Below, piece by piece: positions 49,450 through 60,418 of a stretch of DNA of 64,000 nucleotides. Position 1 is the stretch's first letter. Every line of letters begins with the position of its first letter. The DNA lies in contig JAVVGF010000001.1 of the NCBI GenBank assembly GCA_032249235.1, forward strand, positions 192,001 through 256,000, written 5' to 3'. Made by a program: the position numbers and the translations under genes. A model generated the notes under the pieces. That model was given only the letters and a program-made list of their open reading frames with translations. It was not told where the DNA came from and searched no databases. The DNA comes from Thermoproteota archaeon (lineage in GTDB: Archaea > Thermoproteota > Thermoprotei > Gearchaeales > Gearchaeaceae).

Positions 49450-50586
49450 TTAGATTATCTTTTCTGGGTTTTCTAAGATTTCTTTAATTCTATTGAGGAA
49501 TTTTGCCGGTGTGACTCCATCAAATGCTCTATGATCCCAACCAAGTATCAATTTTAAAAAAGGTAAGTTAACAATTGAATTTTCTTTCATAACAAGCTTA
49601 TAATAAATTGAGCCTACACCCAATATAGCTGTTTGAGGAAAATTTATAATCGGCATGAATTCTTGTACATCATACATTCCTAAATTAGTTATCGTGAAGG
49701 TTGCGTCAGACATATCTTCAAGAGTTAATCTCTTCTCTTTTGCTTTAATAATGAGTTCATTCCTATTTTTACTTATTTCAAATATATCTTTCTTATCAGC
49801 ATTTTTAATGACTGGTACAACTAGACCGTAATCAGTACCTATTGCTAATCCTATATTTATATCACTTAAAATTTTCAAATCCTCATCTAATAAATAAGAA
49901 TTAAACATAGGATATTCTTTAAGAGCAATAGCCGTTGCTTTTATTATTACATCAGTATATGTTATATCGTTTTTTTCTTCTAATTTCTTTTTAAATTCAA
50001 TTAATTTCTCTGCATTAACTTCTACTACATAATGAACATGAGGTATTTTTTGCCAACTCTCAAACATTCTTTTAGCCATCCTTTTTCTTATAATCTCTTT
50101 AAAATCTACGACGAATCTTTCTCTTGAACTTATATATCTAAGAACATCTTCTTCGGTTATTATTCCGTCAGGCCCGGTACCTTTAATTTCTGCTAAATTT
50201 ACTCCTTTTTCTAATGCTAGTCTTCTAGCCTTAGGCGTTGCTCTTATTCTAATGCTTGATTCTGTTGGCTGAACTGGAATGCCTCTTTGTTCAGATTTTT
50301 CCTCCTTTTTAATTTGAGACTCCACAATATGTTCTTCAATAATTTCACTTTTCTCCCCTATCATTGCCAGAGGCGCTCCAACTTTAACATTGTCTCCTTC
50401 TTTAGCTATTTTGTTAAGTAAATATCCGCTAGCAGGAGATTGAATCTCGACAACTGCTTTTTCAGTTTCGATGAGCAGAATGGTTTCGCCTTCTTTCACC
50501 TCTTCACCCACATTCTTTAACCATTTTAGAACCGTTGCTTCTTCCATTGTAAGACCAAGTTTAGGAAGCTTAACGACGGTTACCAT
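49450..50586 (-). CDS. 2-oxoacid dehydrogenase E2 (dihydrolipoamide acyltransferase)
   Basis: Lipoyl domain ETEKA, E3-binding ATP.ARRLA...GTGPDG.I, catalytic DHRAFDG. Confidence 0.92.
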   Translation of the reverse strand: MVTVVKLPKLGLTMEEATVLKWLKNVGEEVKEGETILLIETEKAVVEIQSPASGYLLNKIAKEGDNVKVGAPLAMIGEKSEIIEEHIVESQIKKEEKSEQRGIPVQPTESSIRIRATPKARRLALEKGVNLAEIKGTGPDGIITEEDVLRYISSRERFVVDFKEIIRKRMAKRMFESWQKIPHVHYVVEVNAEKLIEFKKKLEEKNDITYTDVIIKATAIALKEYPMFNSYLLDEDLKILSDINIGLAIGTDYGLVVPVIKNADKKDIFEISKNRNELIIKAKEKRLTLEDMSDATFTITNLGMYDVQEFMPIINFPQTAILGVGSIYYKLVMKENSIVNLPFLKLILGWDHRAFDGVTPAKFLNRIKEILENPEKII

Positions 50587-50589
50587 TCG

Positions 50590-51768
50590 TTAAAAGGAGC
50601 GAGGTAATCCAAGCACGTGAGTTCCAATGTAATGAAGTATCATTTCACGGGAAACAGGAGCCATCAATCCTAATCTGCTATCTCTCCATAATCTTTCAAC
50701 AGTCATTTCTTCGCTAAATCCTAATCCTCCATGAACTTGTATTGCTATATCTGTTGCTTTATGTCCTGCTTTAGCAGCAAAGTATAAGGCTGAATTGGAA
50801 GCTTCGCCTATCTTTCTTAAATCCTTACTTTCATCGTAAATTTTTGCAGCTCTATATACCATAAGTCTTGCAGCATCCAATTCGATCTTTGCTTCAGCTA
50901 ATGCAAACTGAATAGCTTGATTACTTCCTATTGGTCTATCGAAAGATATCCTTTCTTTTGCATATTTCACACTTCTTTCTAATGCTTGAAAACCTACTCC
51001 CACTTCCATAGCAGCTGTTATTATTCTTTCTAAGTCCAGCAAATCTAATAATATATAAAAGCCTTCCCCAACATTTCCTACTCTATATTCATCAGGAACA
51101 ACAACATTATCTAAAAAGACTTCAAATGAACTTAAACATCTCATACTGAGCTTTTTTATCTTTTTAGTCCTAATCCCTTTGGCATTCGTTGGAACTAAAA
51201 ATAGAGTAAGCCCCTGATGCCTTTTTTGCACTTTTTCTATGGGAGTTGTTCTTGTTACTGTTAGCATGTATTCAGCCATATGAAAACCAGTAATCCACAT
51301 TTTACTTCCATTTATTATCCATTCATCTCCTTCCCTTACAGCAGTTGTCTTTATTGCAGGAGTATCAAGACCCGCGACAGGTTCTGTTAATCCTATTGAA
51401 ACAATCATTCCTTTTACTAATTTAGGTAATAATTCATCTTTTTGTTTTTTTGTTCCATATTTAACTAAAGCTTCAGAACCAAAGCATGGTCCTAGATTAT
51501 AAAGATTACCTGCCGAATATCCACATAATCTAGAAATCGTCTCGACTACTAGCACAGTTTGAGTAGCACCAAGTCCAGCACCGCCATATTCTACAGGTAC
51601 ATTTATTCCTGCCCATCCATGCCTTGCAAGTTCATTCCAAAATTCTATCGGGAATTCTTCTTTTTGATCTTTTTCTCTCCAATAAGCATCATCGAATTTC
51701 CTACATATTTCCTCAACAGCACTAATAATCAATTTCTCCTCTTCGTTCAATTCTAAAGTTATATCCAT
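50590..51768 (-). CDS. Acyl-CoA dehydrogenase
   Basis: GLTEP.AG.D, NGSKMWIT, F.RPIG.NQAIQ, QVHGGLG. Confidence 0.92.
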   Translation of the reverse strand: MDITLELNEEEKLIISAVEEICRKFDDAYWREKDQKEEFPIEFWNELARHGWAGINVPVEYGGAGLGATQTVLVVETISRLCGYSAGNLYNLGPCFGSEALVKYGTKKQKDELLPKLVKGMIVSIGLTEPVAGLDTPAIKTTAVREGDEWIINGSKMWITGFHMAEYMLTVTRTTPIEKVQKRHQGLTLFLVPTNAKGIRTKKIKKLSMRCLSSFEVFLDNVVVPDEYRVGNVGEGFYILLDLLDLERIITAAMEVGVGFQALERSVKYAKERISFDRPIGSNQAIQFALAEAKIELDAARLMVYRAAKIYDESKDLRKIGEASNSALYFAAKAGHKATDIAIQVHGGLGFSEEMTVERLWRDSRLGLMAPVSREMILHYIGTHVLGLPRSF

Positions 51769-51798
51769 ATTCTCTTTTTAAGCTTGAAAACTTAAATC

Positions 51799-52764
51799 TT
51801 ATAATACTGAACGGATAGCTTTTTCTATAGTTTCTTTTGATGGTAAGACTTCTAATCCTAATTTGCCTGACGGTATTGGTAAATCTAATGAGCCCACTAT
51901 TTTAAAGGCCTCTAAATCGTAAAAGCAATTCTCCATTATTTTTGCAAGTATTCCTGCTTGTGTGTTATAGCTAACAGGTGTTTCGTCCACTATTACTACT
52001 CTTCCAGTCTTTTTCACACTAGAGGCGATCGTTTCTATATCTAATGGATTTAAAGTTCTTGGATTTATAATTTCAACCTCGATTCCTTCTTTTGATAATT
52101 TTTCTGCGATTTCTAAACTATATTTAAGCATAAGTTGTGTTGCTATAACAGTTATATCTTCACCTTTCCTAACAATTTCAGCCTTTCCTAAAGGTAAGAT
52201 ATAATCTTCATCAGGCACTTCTCCTTTATCTCTATACAATGCTAAATGTTCACAAAAAATAACAGGCCTATCATCTCTTATAGCAGCCTTTAGAAGACCC
52301 TTGGCATCATAAGGAGTTGAGGCGCAAACTACAACGAGACCAGGTATACTACAAAATATTCCATGTACAAAATTAGAATGTTGAGGGCCGGCCCCAAAAT
52401 GCCCAGCTCCTTCTAGAATTCTAATGGTAATGGGTAGTTTTATCTGCGCATTTGAAATTAATGGTAATTTAGCTGCTTGATTTATTAGTTGATCCATCGC
52501 TAAATAAGAAAAATTACTAAACATGATCTCTACAACAGGTCTTCCACCTGCTGCTGCGACACCAATGGCTAGCCCCACAAATCCTGCCTCATTTATTGGT
52601 GCATCTCGAACTCTGTCTCCAAATTTTTTCTTCAAATCCTTAGTCGCCAAAAATGGACCTCCAGGTTCCCCCACATCAACACCTATAATGAAAACTTTTT
52701 CGTCTCTTTCTAATTCTTCTTCTAACGCTTTGTTTATTGCCTGTCTATAGTTTAGAATCGTCAT
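51799..52764 (-). CDS. 2-oxoacid/acetoin dehydrogenase E1 beta subunit
   Basis: D.PINE.GF.G, RPVVEIMF, QHS, DAKGLL, PRTLNPLD. Confidence 0.9.
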   Translation of the reverse strand: MTILNYRQAINKALEEELERDEKVFIIGVDVGEPGGPFLATKDLKKKFGDRVRDAPINEAGFVGLAIGVAAAGGRPVVEIMFSNFSYLAMDQLINQAAKLPLISNAQIKLPITIRILEGAGHFGAGPQHSNFVHGIFCSIPGLVVVCASTPYDAKGLLKAAIRDDRPVIFCEHLALYRDKGEVPDEDYILPLGKAEIVRKGEDITVIATQLMLKYSLEIAEKLSKEGIEVEIINPRTLNPLDIETIASSVKKTGRVVIVDETPVSYNTQAGILAKIMENCFYDLEAFKIVGSLDLPIPSGKLGLEVLPSKETIEKAIRSVL

Positions 52765-53756
52765 GTTTTATAGAAATATACTTTTCTTGCAATATTCAAC
52801 AAATCTTCTAACGTTGGAGCTTGGCTTTGTTTGGCGAACTCGATTGCTTCATTTATTTGTAATTGTACATCTTTTTTTATTTTATTTATTTCTTCAATAT
52901 CCAAATAACCTTCTTCGATAAGACGATTTATAAATAAATCTATTGGGTCTTTTGTTTTCCATCTTTCAATCTCTTCTTTACTTCTATAATATTGCGGATC
53001 GCCTTCGTAATGTCCTACAAATCTATAAGTATTTGCAACTATGAGATATGGCCCTTTATCTTGTCTAGCATGTTTTACTGCTTCTTTAACAGCCTCTCTG
53101 ACCTCAATTACATCCATACCATCAATTGTTTTGCTCGGAATGCCAAAGGGTACTGCGCGTAAAGATAAATCTGTAACAGGATGATGCACGCTTATAGGTG
53201 TCATTTCAGCATATTGATTATTTTCACAAATGAATATTACAGGTAATTTCCATAATGCAGCCATGTTCATTGCTTCATGGAAAATTCCTGTAGCTAAAGC
53301 TCCATCACCCAAAAAATTTAGACATACCCTATTTTTCTTATCGAAATATTTCAAATAGTACGCTATGCCTACTGCTATTGGAGCGCCTCCGCCAACAATC
53401 GCACTACTTCCGAAGTTATATACTGTCATATCGTGCAAATGAAGCGATCCTCCGAATCCTCCATTTATTCCTGTCTTTTTACATAAAATTTCTGCTAAGA
53501 CTCTCTTAGGATCAGATCCTTTAGCTAACGTATGAATATGTCCTCTATATGTAATAACTATATAGTCATCTTGATTTATTGCGGAAATTGCACCTACAGC
53601 TACCGCTTCGTGACCTATACCTAAATGAGTCCAGCCAAAAATTGCTCCTTCTTTAAATAATTTAGCTACAGCATTTTCGAATTCTCTACATAAAATCATT
53701 TTAGCTAGCAAAGTTCTTGCTTCATCTTTTGTCAGAAATTCTTTAATTTTAGTCAT
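52761..53756 (-). CDS. 2-oxoacid/acetoin dehydrogenase E1 alpha subunit (TPP)
   Basis: H..IGHEA, YRGH, GDGA...FHEAMN...CENNQYA, TYRF.GH..GD. Confidence 0.92.
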   Translation of the reverse strand: MTKIKEFLTKDEARTLLAKMILCREFENAVAKLFKEGAIFGWTHLGIGHEAVAVGAISAINQDDYIVITYRGHIHTLAKGSDPKRVLAEILCKKTGINGGFGGSLHLHDMTVYNFGSSAIVGGGAPIAVGIAYYLKYFDKKNRVCLNFLGDGALATGIFHEAMNMAALWKLPVIFICENNQYAEMTPISVHHPVTDLSLRAVPFGIPSKTIDGMDVIEVREAVKEAVKHARQDKGPYLIVANTYRFVGHYEGDPQYYRSKEEIERWKTKDPIDLFINRLIEEGYLDIEEINKIKKDVQLQINEAIEFAKQSQAPTLEDLLNIARKVYFYKT

Positions 53757-53757
53757 A

Positions 53758-54534
53758 TTATGAAAATTTAGGTTTCCTTTTTTCTATAAACGCTCTCATT
53801 CCTTCTTCTTTATCAGGTGTACCGAAGAGAAAATTAACAATGGCTTTTTCAAGTAATAAAGCGGTCTTTAAATCCGCTTCTCTTGCTGTATTAATTTGAT
53901 TTTTAGCCATCCATAAAGCTAACTTAGGTTTTTCTATTAATTCGCTAGCCAATTTTCTCGCCTCATCCATCAACTTTTCATGAGGAACGACTTTATTAAC
54001 CAAACCAATTCTTTCAGCTTCATGTGCATCGATTATCCTTCCAGTCATTATGAGTTCTTTGGCTTTTAAGAATCCAATTTGTCTGATTAGCCTTTGTATT
54101 CCTCCCATACCAGGCAATATGCCAAGATTAATTTCTGGTTGTCCAAACTTAGCTTTCTCTGATGCAATTACAAAATCACAACATAGACATAGTTCATTTC
54201 CTCCTCCTAGAGCATAGCCATTCACTGCTGCTATAACTGGCTTCTTGTTATATTCAATACTATTTTCTAATTTTTCCAACGCTTCTTGGAACTGTCTCAT
54301 TTCAATTATTGAGTATTTGTAAAAATCTTTGATATTTCCTCCTGAACAAAAAACATTATCTAAAGAACTTGTCAATATTATACACCCTATTTCTTTATTT
54401 TCGCTGGCTTCGTTTAATAATGAAGATAATTCTTGTACAACTTCCAATGATAAAGCATTTCTTGTTTTCTCATCTTGAAGAGAGATTATTAATATTTTAT
54501 CCTCTCTTGTTGTTTTTATTTTAGGATGTTCCAT
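53758..54534 (-). CDS. Enoyl-CoA hydratase/isomerase (crotonase)
   Basis: FCSGG, AAVNGYALGGGNE, FGQPEINLGILPG. Confidence 0.92.
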   Translation of the reverse strand: MEHPKIKTTREDKILIISLQDEKTRNALSLEVVQELSSLLNEASENKEIGCIILTSSLDNVFCSGGNIKDFYKYSIIEMRQFQEALEKLENSIEYNKKPVIAAVNGYALGGGNELCLCCDFVIASEKAKFGQPEINLGILPGMGGIQRLIRQIGFLKAKELIMTGRIIDAHEAERIGLVNKVVPHEKLMDEARKLASELIEKPKLALWMAKNQINTAREADLKTALLLEKAIVNFLFGTPDKEEGMRAFIEKRKPKFS

Positions 54535-55001
54535 ACTATAAATAAGAAAGTTTGCTTTAAATTCTCTAGTTGTCTCGTTATTAGAATGAAGATTACAAGA
54601 TTTAAAAAGTCTCGCGATCTATAGTTCAAGAATAACCTCTTAAATAAGCTTCGATTGACATGGAGTTAATTTTTTAAGATAATCATGACCCCTAACTTAA
54701 TCAAGGACACTCAAGCTTTATTCGATAATAAAATGAGAAAGCATAGCAATTCACAAATTAACCATGAAAATAATAGGAGATAACTGCTCATCGTCAGAGA
54801 AAGCCAGATTTAAAAAGCAAATAAAAATAAGCAAAATTTTTCAAACTTTATATAATTCTATTTTATAATATAACTTTAAATATTAATATTGAAAATACTT
54901 TAAATTTTTAAACAATCATTTAGATATTAAATGAGCAATCAGCACGTGTGCATTAAGTGATAATTAGTAAAAAATAAATATACTATTGCAATATAAATAT
55001 T

Positions 55002-55412
55002 ATGAGTCTGCAAAAAGAAGAATTAGACGAGAGAAGAAAAGCGCTGAAAGAGCGATTTATTAAGGAAAGAGGATATTGGTCAGATGAATTATGGGGAGAG
55101 ATACTAAAACTTGATCCAGATTTCTTTGAAGCATATTTAAATTTCTCTGCTGTTCCATGGAGAAAAGGTGTTTTGCCTCCAAAAATAAAAGAATTAATAT
55201 ATATTGCAATAGATGCATCAACTACGCATCTTTATGCACCTGGACTAAGACAACATATAAGAAATGCATTAAAGTATGGTGCAACTGTGGAAGAAATAAT
55301 GGAAGTATTCGAATTGGTAAGCGTTTTAGGTATTCATACCTGCACAATGGGCGTTCCTATATTGATGGAAGAAGTAAAAAAAATGAAAGAAAGTTCAGCA
55401 AAGACAGATTAA
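55002..55412 (+). CDS. Carboxymuconolactone decarboxylase (CMD/AhpD) family protein
   Basis: L.PK.KELIYIAID, H.RNAL..GAT.EEI.E; no CxxC. Confidence 0.8.
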   Translation: MSLQKEELDERRKALKERFIKERGYWSDELWGEILKLDPDFFEAYLNFSAVPWRKGVLPPKIKELIYIAIDASTTHLYAPGLRQHIRNALKYGATVEEIMEVFELVSVLGIHTCTMGVPILMEEVKKMKESSAKTD

Positions 55413-55678
55413 ATAAATTTTTACATATTTCATAACTTAATAAGTTAATATTATTTTTTATTTTAATTTTGATGTATTATAACTTTTAATAATTGAAATT
55501 ATGACATTATAAGTAGAAAAATAGAAAGAATGATTTATTCTAATATGAAAATTGTACTCTTCAAGATAATGAACATTCTTCGCCTAATAATTAATATACT
55601 TTAACTATAGGATATTATAATCATATTAATAATAAGATATTTTAAACAGATCAAAAAAATAATTAATTTTAAAAAAGA

Positions 55679-56998
55679 TTACTTTTTAATTATTCTAGGA
55701 ATTGTTCTAGAATAGTCCCATCCTTTGGTTTCAGGTAGCCATAACCAACCAACTAAGCTTGCTATCGCTGAAGCTACCACAATATAAGAAACAGACCATA
55801 GTACACTTTTTGTCCATAGCAAAATAGCGGTACTTATAAATGGGATAAATCCACCTATCACTCCTACCCCTATTTGGTAAGCGATATTAAATGCTGATAC
55901 TCTCACGTTAGCAGGTACAAGTTCGGCGAAAGTTACACTAACACTAGAATATGTCACTAATGAAAGTGCGAGAGGTATCAAAGTAACAATTGTTAAAACA
56001 AATACATCTTTTGTTATCGTAAAGAATGAATATAACGGTAATAACAAGATTGCATATACTAAGTAACCCCATCTGATAAATGGTCTCCTACCATACTTAT
56101 CTATAAAGTAACCTGTTATGGGCATAATTACAATACATATTGCGTACATAATCATGAAAGATATCGTAGTGATCGTTAAAGGAATTTTTGCGACACTTAA
56201 CCAGAATGTTGTATAAGCAGTTATACTCGCTGTATAGTAAACATATGCTTGGCCTGCCATAACTATTAGAATCAGCAACATTTCTTTCCAGACTCTCCTG
56301 AAAGCAACTACAATAGGAGAATCCAACACATCACCTTTTTCACTATATTTTTTAAAAATAGGCGTTTCGGCTACATATAATCTCATAAATAAACCTAACA
56401 CTACTAAGGCTGCGCCTAAGTAAAAAGGATATCTCCATCCATAACTAGCTACAGCTTCGGGACTAAGTAAAATTGAATTTATATATAAAGTAAGAACTGC
56501 CAGTAAAGGTCCAATCGCCCATGCAGTTTGAAGTATACTATTATAGAAAGCTCTACGTTCTGTAGGCACATGCTCTTGTAAAAACACAGTAGCAGAACCA
56601 AATTCTCCGCCCAGAGAAATGCCTTGTAACATTCTAAGTAACACTAACAAGATTGTCGCTAATATCCCGATTTGGGAATATGTAGGTAATAAACCTATTC
56701 CAAGCGATGCAACACCCATTATTGATAAGGTGATAATAAAAGCGATTTTTCTTCCTATTTTATCAGCTACATGAGCAAAAATAAAAGCTCCTACAGGTCT
56801 CATTGCAAATCCCACTCCGAAAACTAATAATGCTTGTAAAGTTGCAACCAAAGGATCTACCGTTGGAGGAAATAATAACTTCCCTATTATGGTTGCAACA
56901 TATCCATAAACTAAGAAATCGTATATTTCAATGATCATTCCTATGCTTGAAGCCCCTATTACCAGACCTAATCTTTCTCCAGATTTACTTTCACCCAT
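55679..56998 (-). CDS. MFS transporter, metabolite:H+ symporter (MHS) family
   Basis: E.YDF..YG, RPVGA..F...ADKIGRK, R.LQG.SLGGE.G, PET; probable start MGESK at 56998. Confidence 0.9.
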   Translation of the reverse strand: MGESKSGERLGLVIGASSIGMIIEIYDFLVYGYVATIIGKLLFPPTVDPLVATLQALLVFGVGFAMRPVGAFIFAHVADKIGRKIAFIITLSIMGVASLGIGLLPTYSQIGILATILLVLLRMLQGISLGGEFGSATVFLQEHVPTERRAFYNSILQTAWAIGPLLAVLTLYINSILLSPEAVASYGWRYPFYLGAALVVLGLFMRLYVAETPIFKKYSEKGDVLDSPIVVAFRRVWKEMLLILIVMAGQAYVYYTASITAYTTFWLSVAKIPLTITTISFMIMYAICIVIMPITGYFIDKYGRRPFIRWGYLVYAILLLPLYSFFTITKDVFVLTIVTLIPLALSLVTYSSVSVTFAELVPANVRVSAFNIAYQIGVGVIGGFIPFISTAILLWTKSVLWSVSYIVVASAIASLVGWLWLPETKGWDYSRTIPRIIKK

Positions 56999-57359
56999 AT
57001 TTAAACATTTTCGTATGACAATATAAATCTTCTTTATTATCATCTTTTTAAAAATTTATTTTATTAGCATCATCATAAAAAAAATTGAAATAAATTATAT
57101 ATTAAGAAAAACTATAATATGTAAGATTAATAGTTTCAGGTATTAGCTTTATAATATATGGAATATCGATGAAATAATTAAAAAAAGTAATATGGTTTGC
57201 TAATAATTTTGTGAGAAATATCTACGATACATGAAAAAAATGATAACTTAGTTAACAATGCTTAATACTACGCACTACTTACCATTAGTTATGTAATGGT
57301 ATAATTCATTGCTTTTGTTTAAACTTAAGATTACATTCACGATTTTTCCAGCTTCTTTC

Positions 57360-58535
57360 TCAAAAAGCATTTCGTAATATTTGTAAGAGTTGATCTATAT
57401 TAGTAATAGGCTTAGGATTTCCTAAAATTATAAAATCCTCTAATGCATATTTTGCAATTAATTCCAAATCGCTTTCTTTAACACTCACCTCACGCAACCT
57501 TTGAGGTAAGCCTAATTCTTTTATTAGATTTTGAATAGCTTTTTTTACAGTATAAGTTGTGATGCCCATAGCATTTGCTATCAAGGACAATCTGGCCATA
57601 ATTACAGATAGGTTGAATTCTATAACATGCGGAAGCACGATAGTACTAGCTATCCCATGTGGAATATTAAATAATGCTCCAATTTGATGACGAAGAGCAG
57701 CAACAGCCCCTACCAAAACGTTAGTAAAGCCGGAAAACGTCATCCGCATAGCAAACTGGAGCTTCTCACGTACGTTTAAATTAAGAGGTTCCTTTACAGA
57801 ACGAGGAAGATCATGATAAAAAATTTTAATTGCCTCTAGACATAATGTAGCAGTAAAGGGTTGGTGATTGGGAGAACATACCATTTCTATGGCATCGCTA
57901 AATGTTTTCATTCCTGTTGATGCCCATAGAATTGGTGGTGTAGCTGTTGTCATTTCAGGATCAAGAAATATAACTTTGGGAGTAACCCCATTGTCGATGT
58001 AAAGATCCTTACTCCTCCTTGCTTCATCGGTTATTCCTATGATATTTGTAAATTCAGCACCAGATAGAGTAGTAGAGATAGTAACAATGGGAATCTTTTG
58101 TTTTTTTAGTGTAGGAACTTCTAGTTTGTTTGGAGGAACGAATCTTACCCTTAAGCGATCCAATTCTTCTCCTTCAGCAATAACCAATGCTATCCCTTTG
58201 GCGGTATCGATACAGCTTCCTCCTCCGAATGCTACTAATGAATCAGCTTTTAGTTGTCTACACATTCTTGCCCCTTCTAATACACATCTTCTTGGAACAT
58301 GTTGGATCGTGCCTTCGTAAGACCCAACATACAAATCTCCTAATATATTTTTAATTCGATCATATAATGCTGTTTTAATAAGTGAATGGGTCGTTATAAC
58401 AACTACTCTTGTAGCACCTAATTCTTCAAGCTCCGCTTTTAGTCTAGTTACAGTTCCTGGTCCGAAAATAACTTTTTTGAAAGGTAAGAAATTAAACTCT
58501 CCGATATAATTTTCTTTCATTCTTTCTCCATGCAT
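57360..58535 (-). CDS. Iron-containing alcohol dehydrogenase / maleylacetate reductase-like protein
   Basis: FGPG, GGGS.ID.AK, TTLSGAE, DPE.T, PHG; metal ligands partly substituted. Confidence 0.82.
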   Translation of the reverse strand: MHGERMKENYIGEFNFLPFKKVIFGPGTVTRLKAELEELGATRVVVITTHSLIKTALYDRIKNILGDLYVGSYEGTIQHVPRRCVLEGARMCRQLKADSLVAFGGGSCIDTAKGIALVIAEGEELDRLRVRFVPPNKLEVPTLKKQKIPIVTISTTLSGAEFTNIIGITDEARRSKDLYIDNGVTPKVIFLDPEMTTATPPILWASTGMKTFSDAIEMVCSPNHQPFTATLCLEAIKIFYHDLPRSVKEPLNLNVREKLQFAMRMTFSGFTNVLVGAVAALRHQIGALFNIPHGIASTIVLPHVIEFNLSVIMARLSLIANAMGITTYTVKKAIQNLIKELGLPQRLREVSVKESDLELIAKYALEDFIILGNPKPITNIDQLLQILRNAF

Positions 58536-58625
58536 ATTTAATTTTCATATTTTTTTAAAGCTTTGATGTAAAATAATGAAAAACTCATCTTGGGTGAAGT
58601 ATATATGATTATTAACTTAGATAGT

Positions 58626-60302
58626 TTAGGCTGTTTTATTAATTAATATATCTTTATATTTTTCTCTTAAAACTTTTTTATCAATTTTACCTACACTTGT
58701 TTTAGGAATTTCTTCTACAATTATTATTCGATCAGGCAATTGCCATTTTGCAAATTTACCAGTAGACTTAAGGAAATCAATTATTTCTTGTTCAGTTATC
58801 TTTCCTTTATATTCAGATTTTGGCACGACTAAGACTACTGGTCTTTCTTGCCAAACAGGATGCGGCACACCTACTGCAGCAGCCTCGCTTATTTTATAGT
58901 ATTCCATAACTGTATTTTCCAAATCTATTGAAGAAATCCATTCGCCACCGCTTTTAATTAAATCTTTAAATCTATCCACTACTTTTATATATCCTTCTTC
59001 ATCGATAAATACAGCATCACCTGTTCTAAGCCATCCATTTTTCACTGTTTCTTGCGTTTTCTTAGGATCTTTATAATACTCTTTTGTAACATAAGGTCCA
59101 CGAATAACTAATTCCCCAACAGATTTTGAATCCCAAGGAAGCTCCTTAAATTCTTCGTTTACAACTTTAACTTCAAACATAGGACTAATTGGTATACCTT
59201 GTTTTAATTTTATTTTCCATTTTTCTTCCTCAGATAGGTTCAAGTATTCCTTGAACAATGACAATGTTGCAACCCCATTTTGTTCAGTCATACCCCAGGC
59301 ATGAGCAATTTCTACCCCGTATTTCTCTTTAAATTCTTTCAGTAAACTAATTGGAGGTTCACTTCCTCCCGTTATTCCTCTCAGAAAACTCAAGTCCGGT
59401 TTTTTATCAAATGTATTTAAGTATCTCAAAAGCATAAGCCATACAGTAGGTACGCCGTAAGTCAGTGTAACTCTATGCTCCAATATAAGTTTTAATAGAT
59501 GTTCTGGTTTAGGATTGGGACCTGGGAAAATCAATTTTGCTCCAACTAAAGGACCTGAAAATGGAAACATCCAACTATGAACATGAAACATAGGACCTGT
59601 AAGCAATATTACATCTTTAGATGTGATATGAGTAGCTAAAGCCCAATCAAATGCATGAAGAAACAATGCTCTATGAGAAGTAAGAACGCCTTTAGGCAAT
59701 CCAGTAGTTCCTGTAGTATAACACATAACAGCTGCAGACTTTTCATCAACAACAGGTAATTCAATAGGAGAAGCTGAAGCTACTAAATCTTCATAGTAAT
59801 AGACAGGATGGAGTTTAGTTGATACTTTTTCATCACTCATTATAACATAAGCTTTTACCTTGATTTCAGAAGCAATTTGCTCAGCTAAAGGAATTAAAGT
59901 TTCGTCAACGAATAAAACCTTGTCTTCTGCATGATTTATTATATATACAAGTTCAGGAAGAGAAAGTCTAATATTTAATTGATGTAAAATAGCTCCTATT
60001 CCAGGTACAGCGTAATATAACTCAAAATATCTATAAGTATTCCAACTCAATACGGCAACTCTATCACCAGGTAAAATATCTAAATTATGAATAAGCGAAT
60101 TTGCGATCTTACGTATTCTTTCATAACACTCTTCATAGGTATATTCAAATAATGTTTCATTAGCTTTTCTAGATATGATTTTTTGTTTTTTATGTATTTT
60201 AGCGGCATAAGAAATTATAGAATGCAGATTTAATTGGTAATCATCCATCATAGTAGAAGGTATGCCAATTATAGGTTCAGCAATAGTAATTTCTTTTGAC
60301 AT
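58626..60302 (-). CDS. Long/medium-chain acyl-CoA ligase (FadD/AlkK/DmdB-like)
   Basis: YTTGTTGLPKG, WGMTE, GWLRTGD, DR.KDLIKSGGEWISS, PKTSVGK. Confidence 0.92.
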   Translation of the reverse strand: MSKEITIAEPIIGIPSTMMDDYQLNLHSIISYAAKIHKKQKIISRKANETLFEYTYEECYERIRKIANSLIHNLDILPGDRVAVLSWNTYRYFELYYAVPGIGAILHQLNIRLSLPELVYIINHAEDKVLFVDETLIPLAEQIASEIKVKAYVIMSDEKVSTKLHPVYYYEDLVASASPIELPVVDEKSAAVMCYTTGTTGLPKGVLTSHRALFLHAFDWALATHITSKDVILLTGPMFHVHSWMFPFSGPLVGAKLIFPGPNPKPEHLLKLILEHRVTLTYGVPTVWLMLLRYLNTFDKKPDLSFLRGITGGSEPPISLLKEFKEKYGVEIAHAWGMTEQNGVATLSLFKEYLNLSEEEKWKIKLKQGIPISPMFEVKVVNEEFKELPWDSKSVGELVIRGPYVTKEYYKDPKKTQETVKNGWLRTGDAVFIDEEGYIKVVDRFKDLIKSGGEWISSIDLENTVMEYYKISEAAAVGVPHPVWQERPVVLVVPKSEYKGKITEQEIIDFLKSTGKFAKWQLPDRIIIVEEIPKTSVGKIDKKVLREKYKDILINKTA

Positions 60303-60418
60303 GGTTCACCTATTTCATATTATAAAAACTTTTTATATTAGTTTTTCGAAACATACAAATCTTGATAATGAAATTACAAATTAGTAATATCGAGTTTAAA
60401 TTATTTTTAGACATAATT

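Noticed and set aside
54540-55000. Long intergenic stretch possibly holding a gene remnant or sRNA
   Set aside because: No coherent reading frame, C/D box pair or GC-rich structure recognisable
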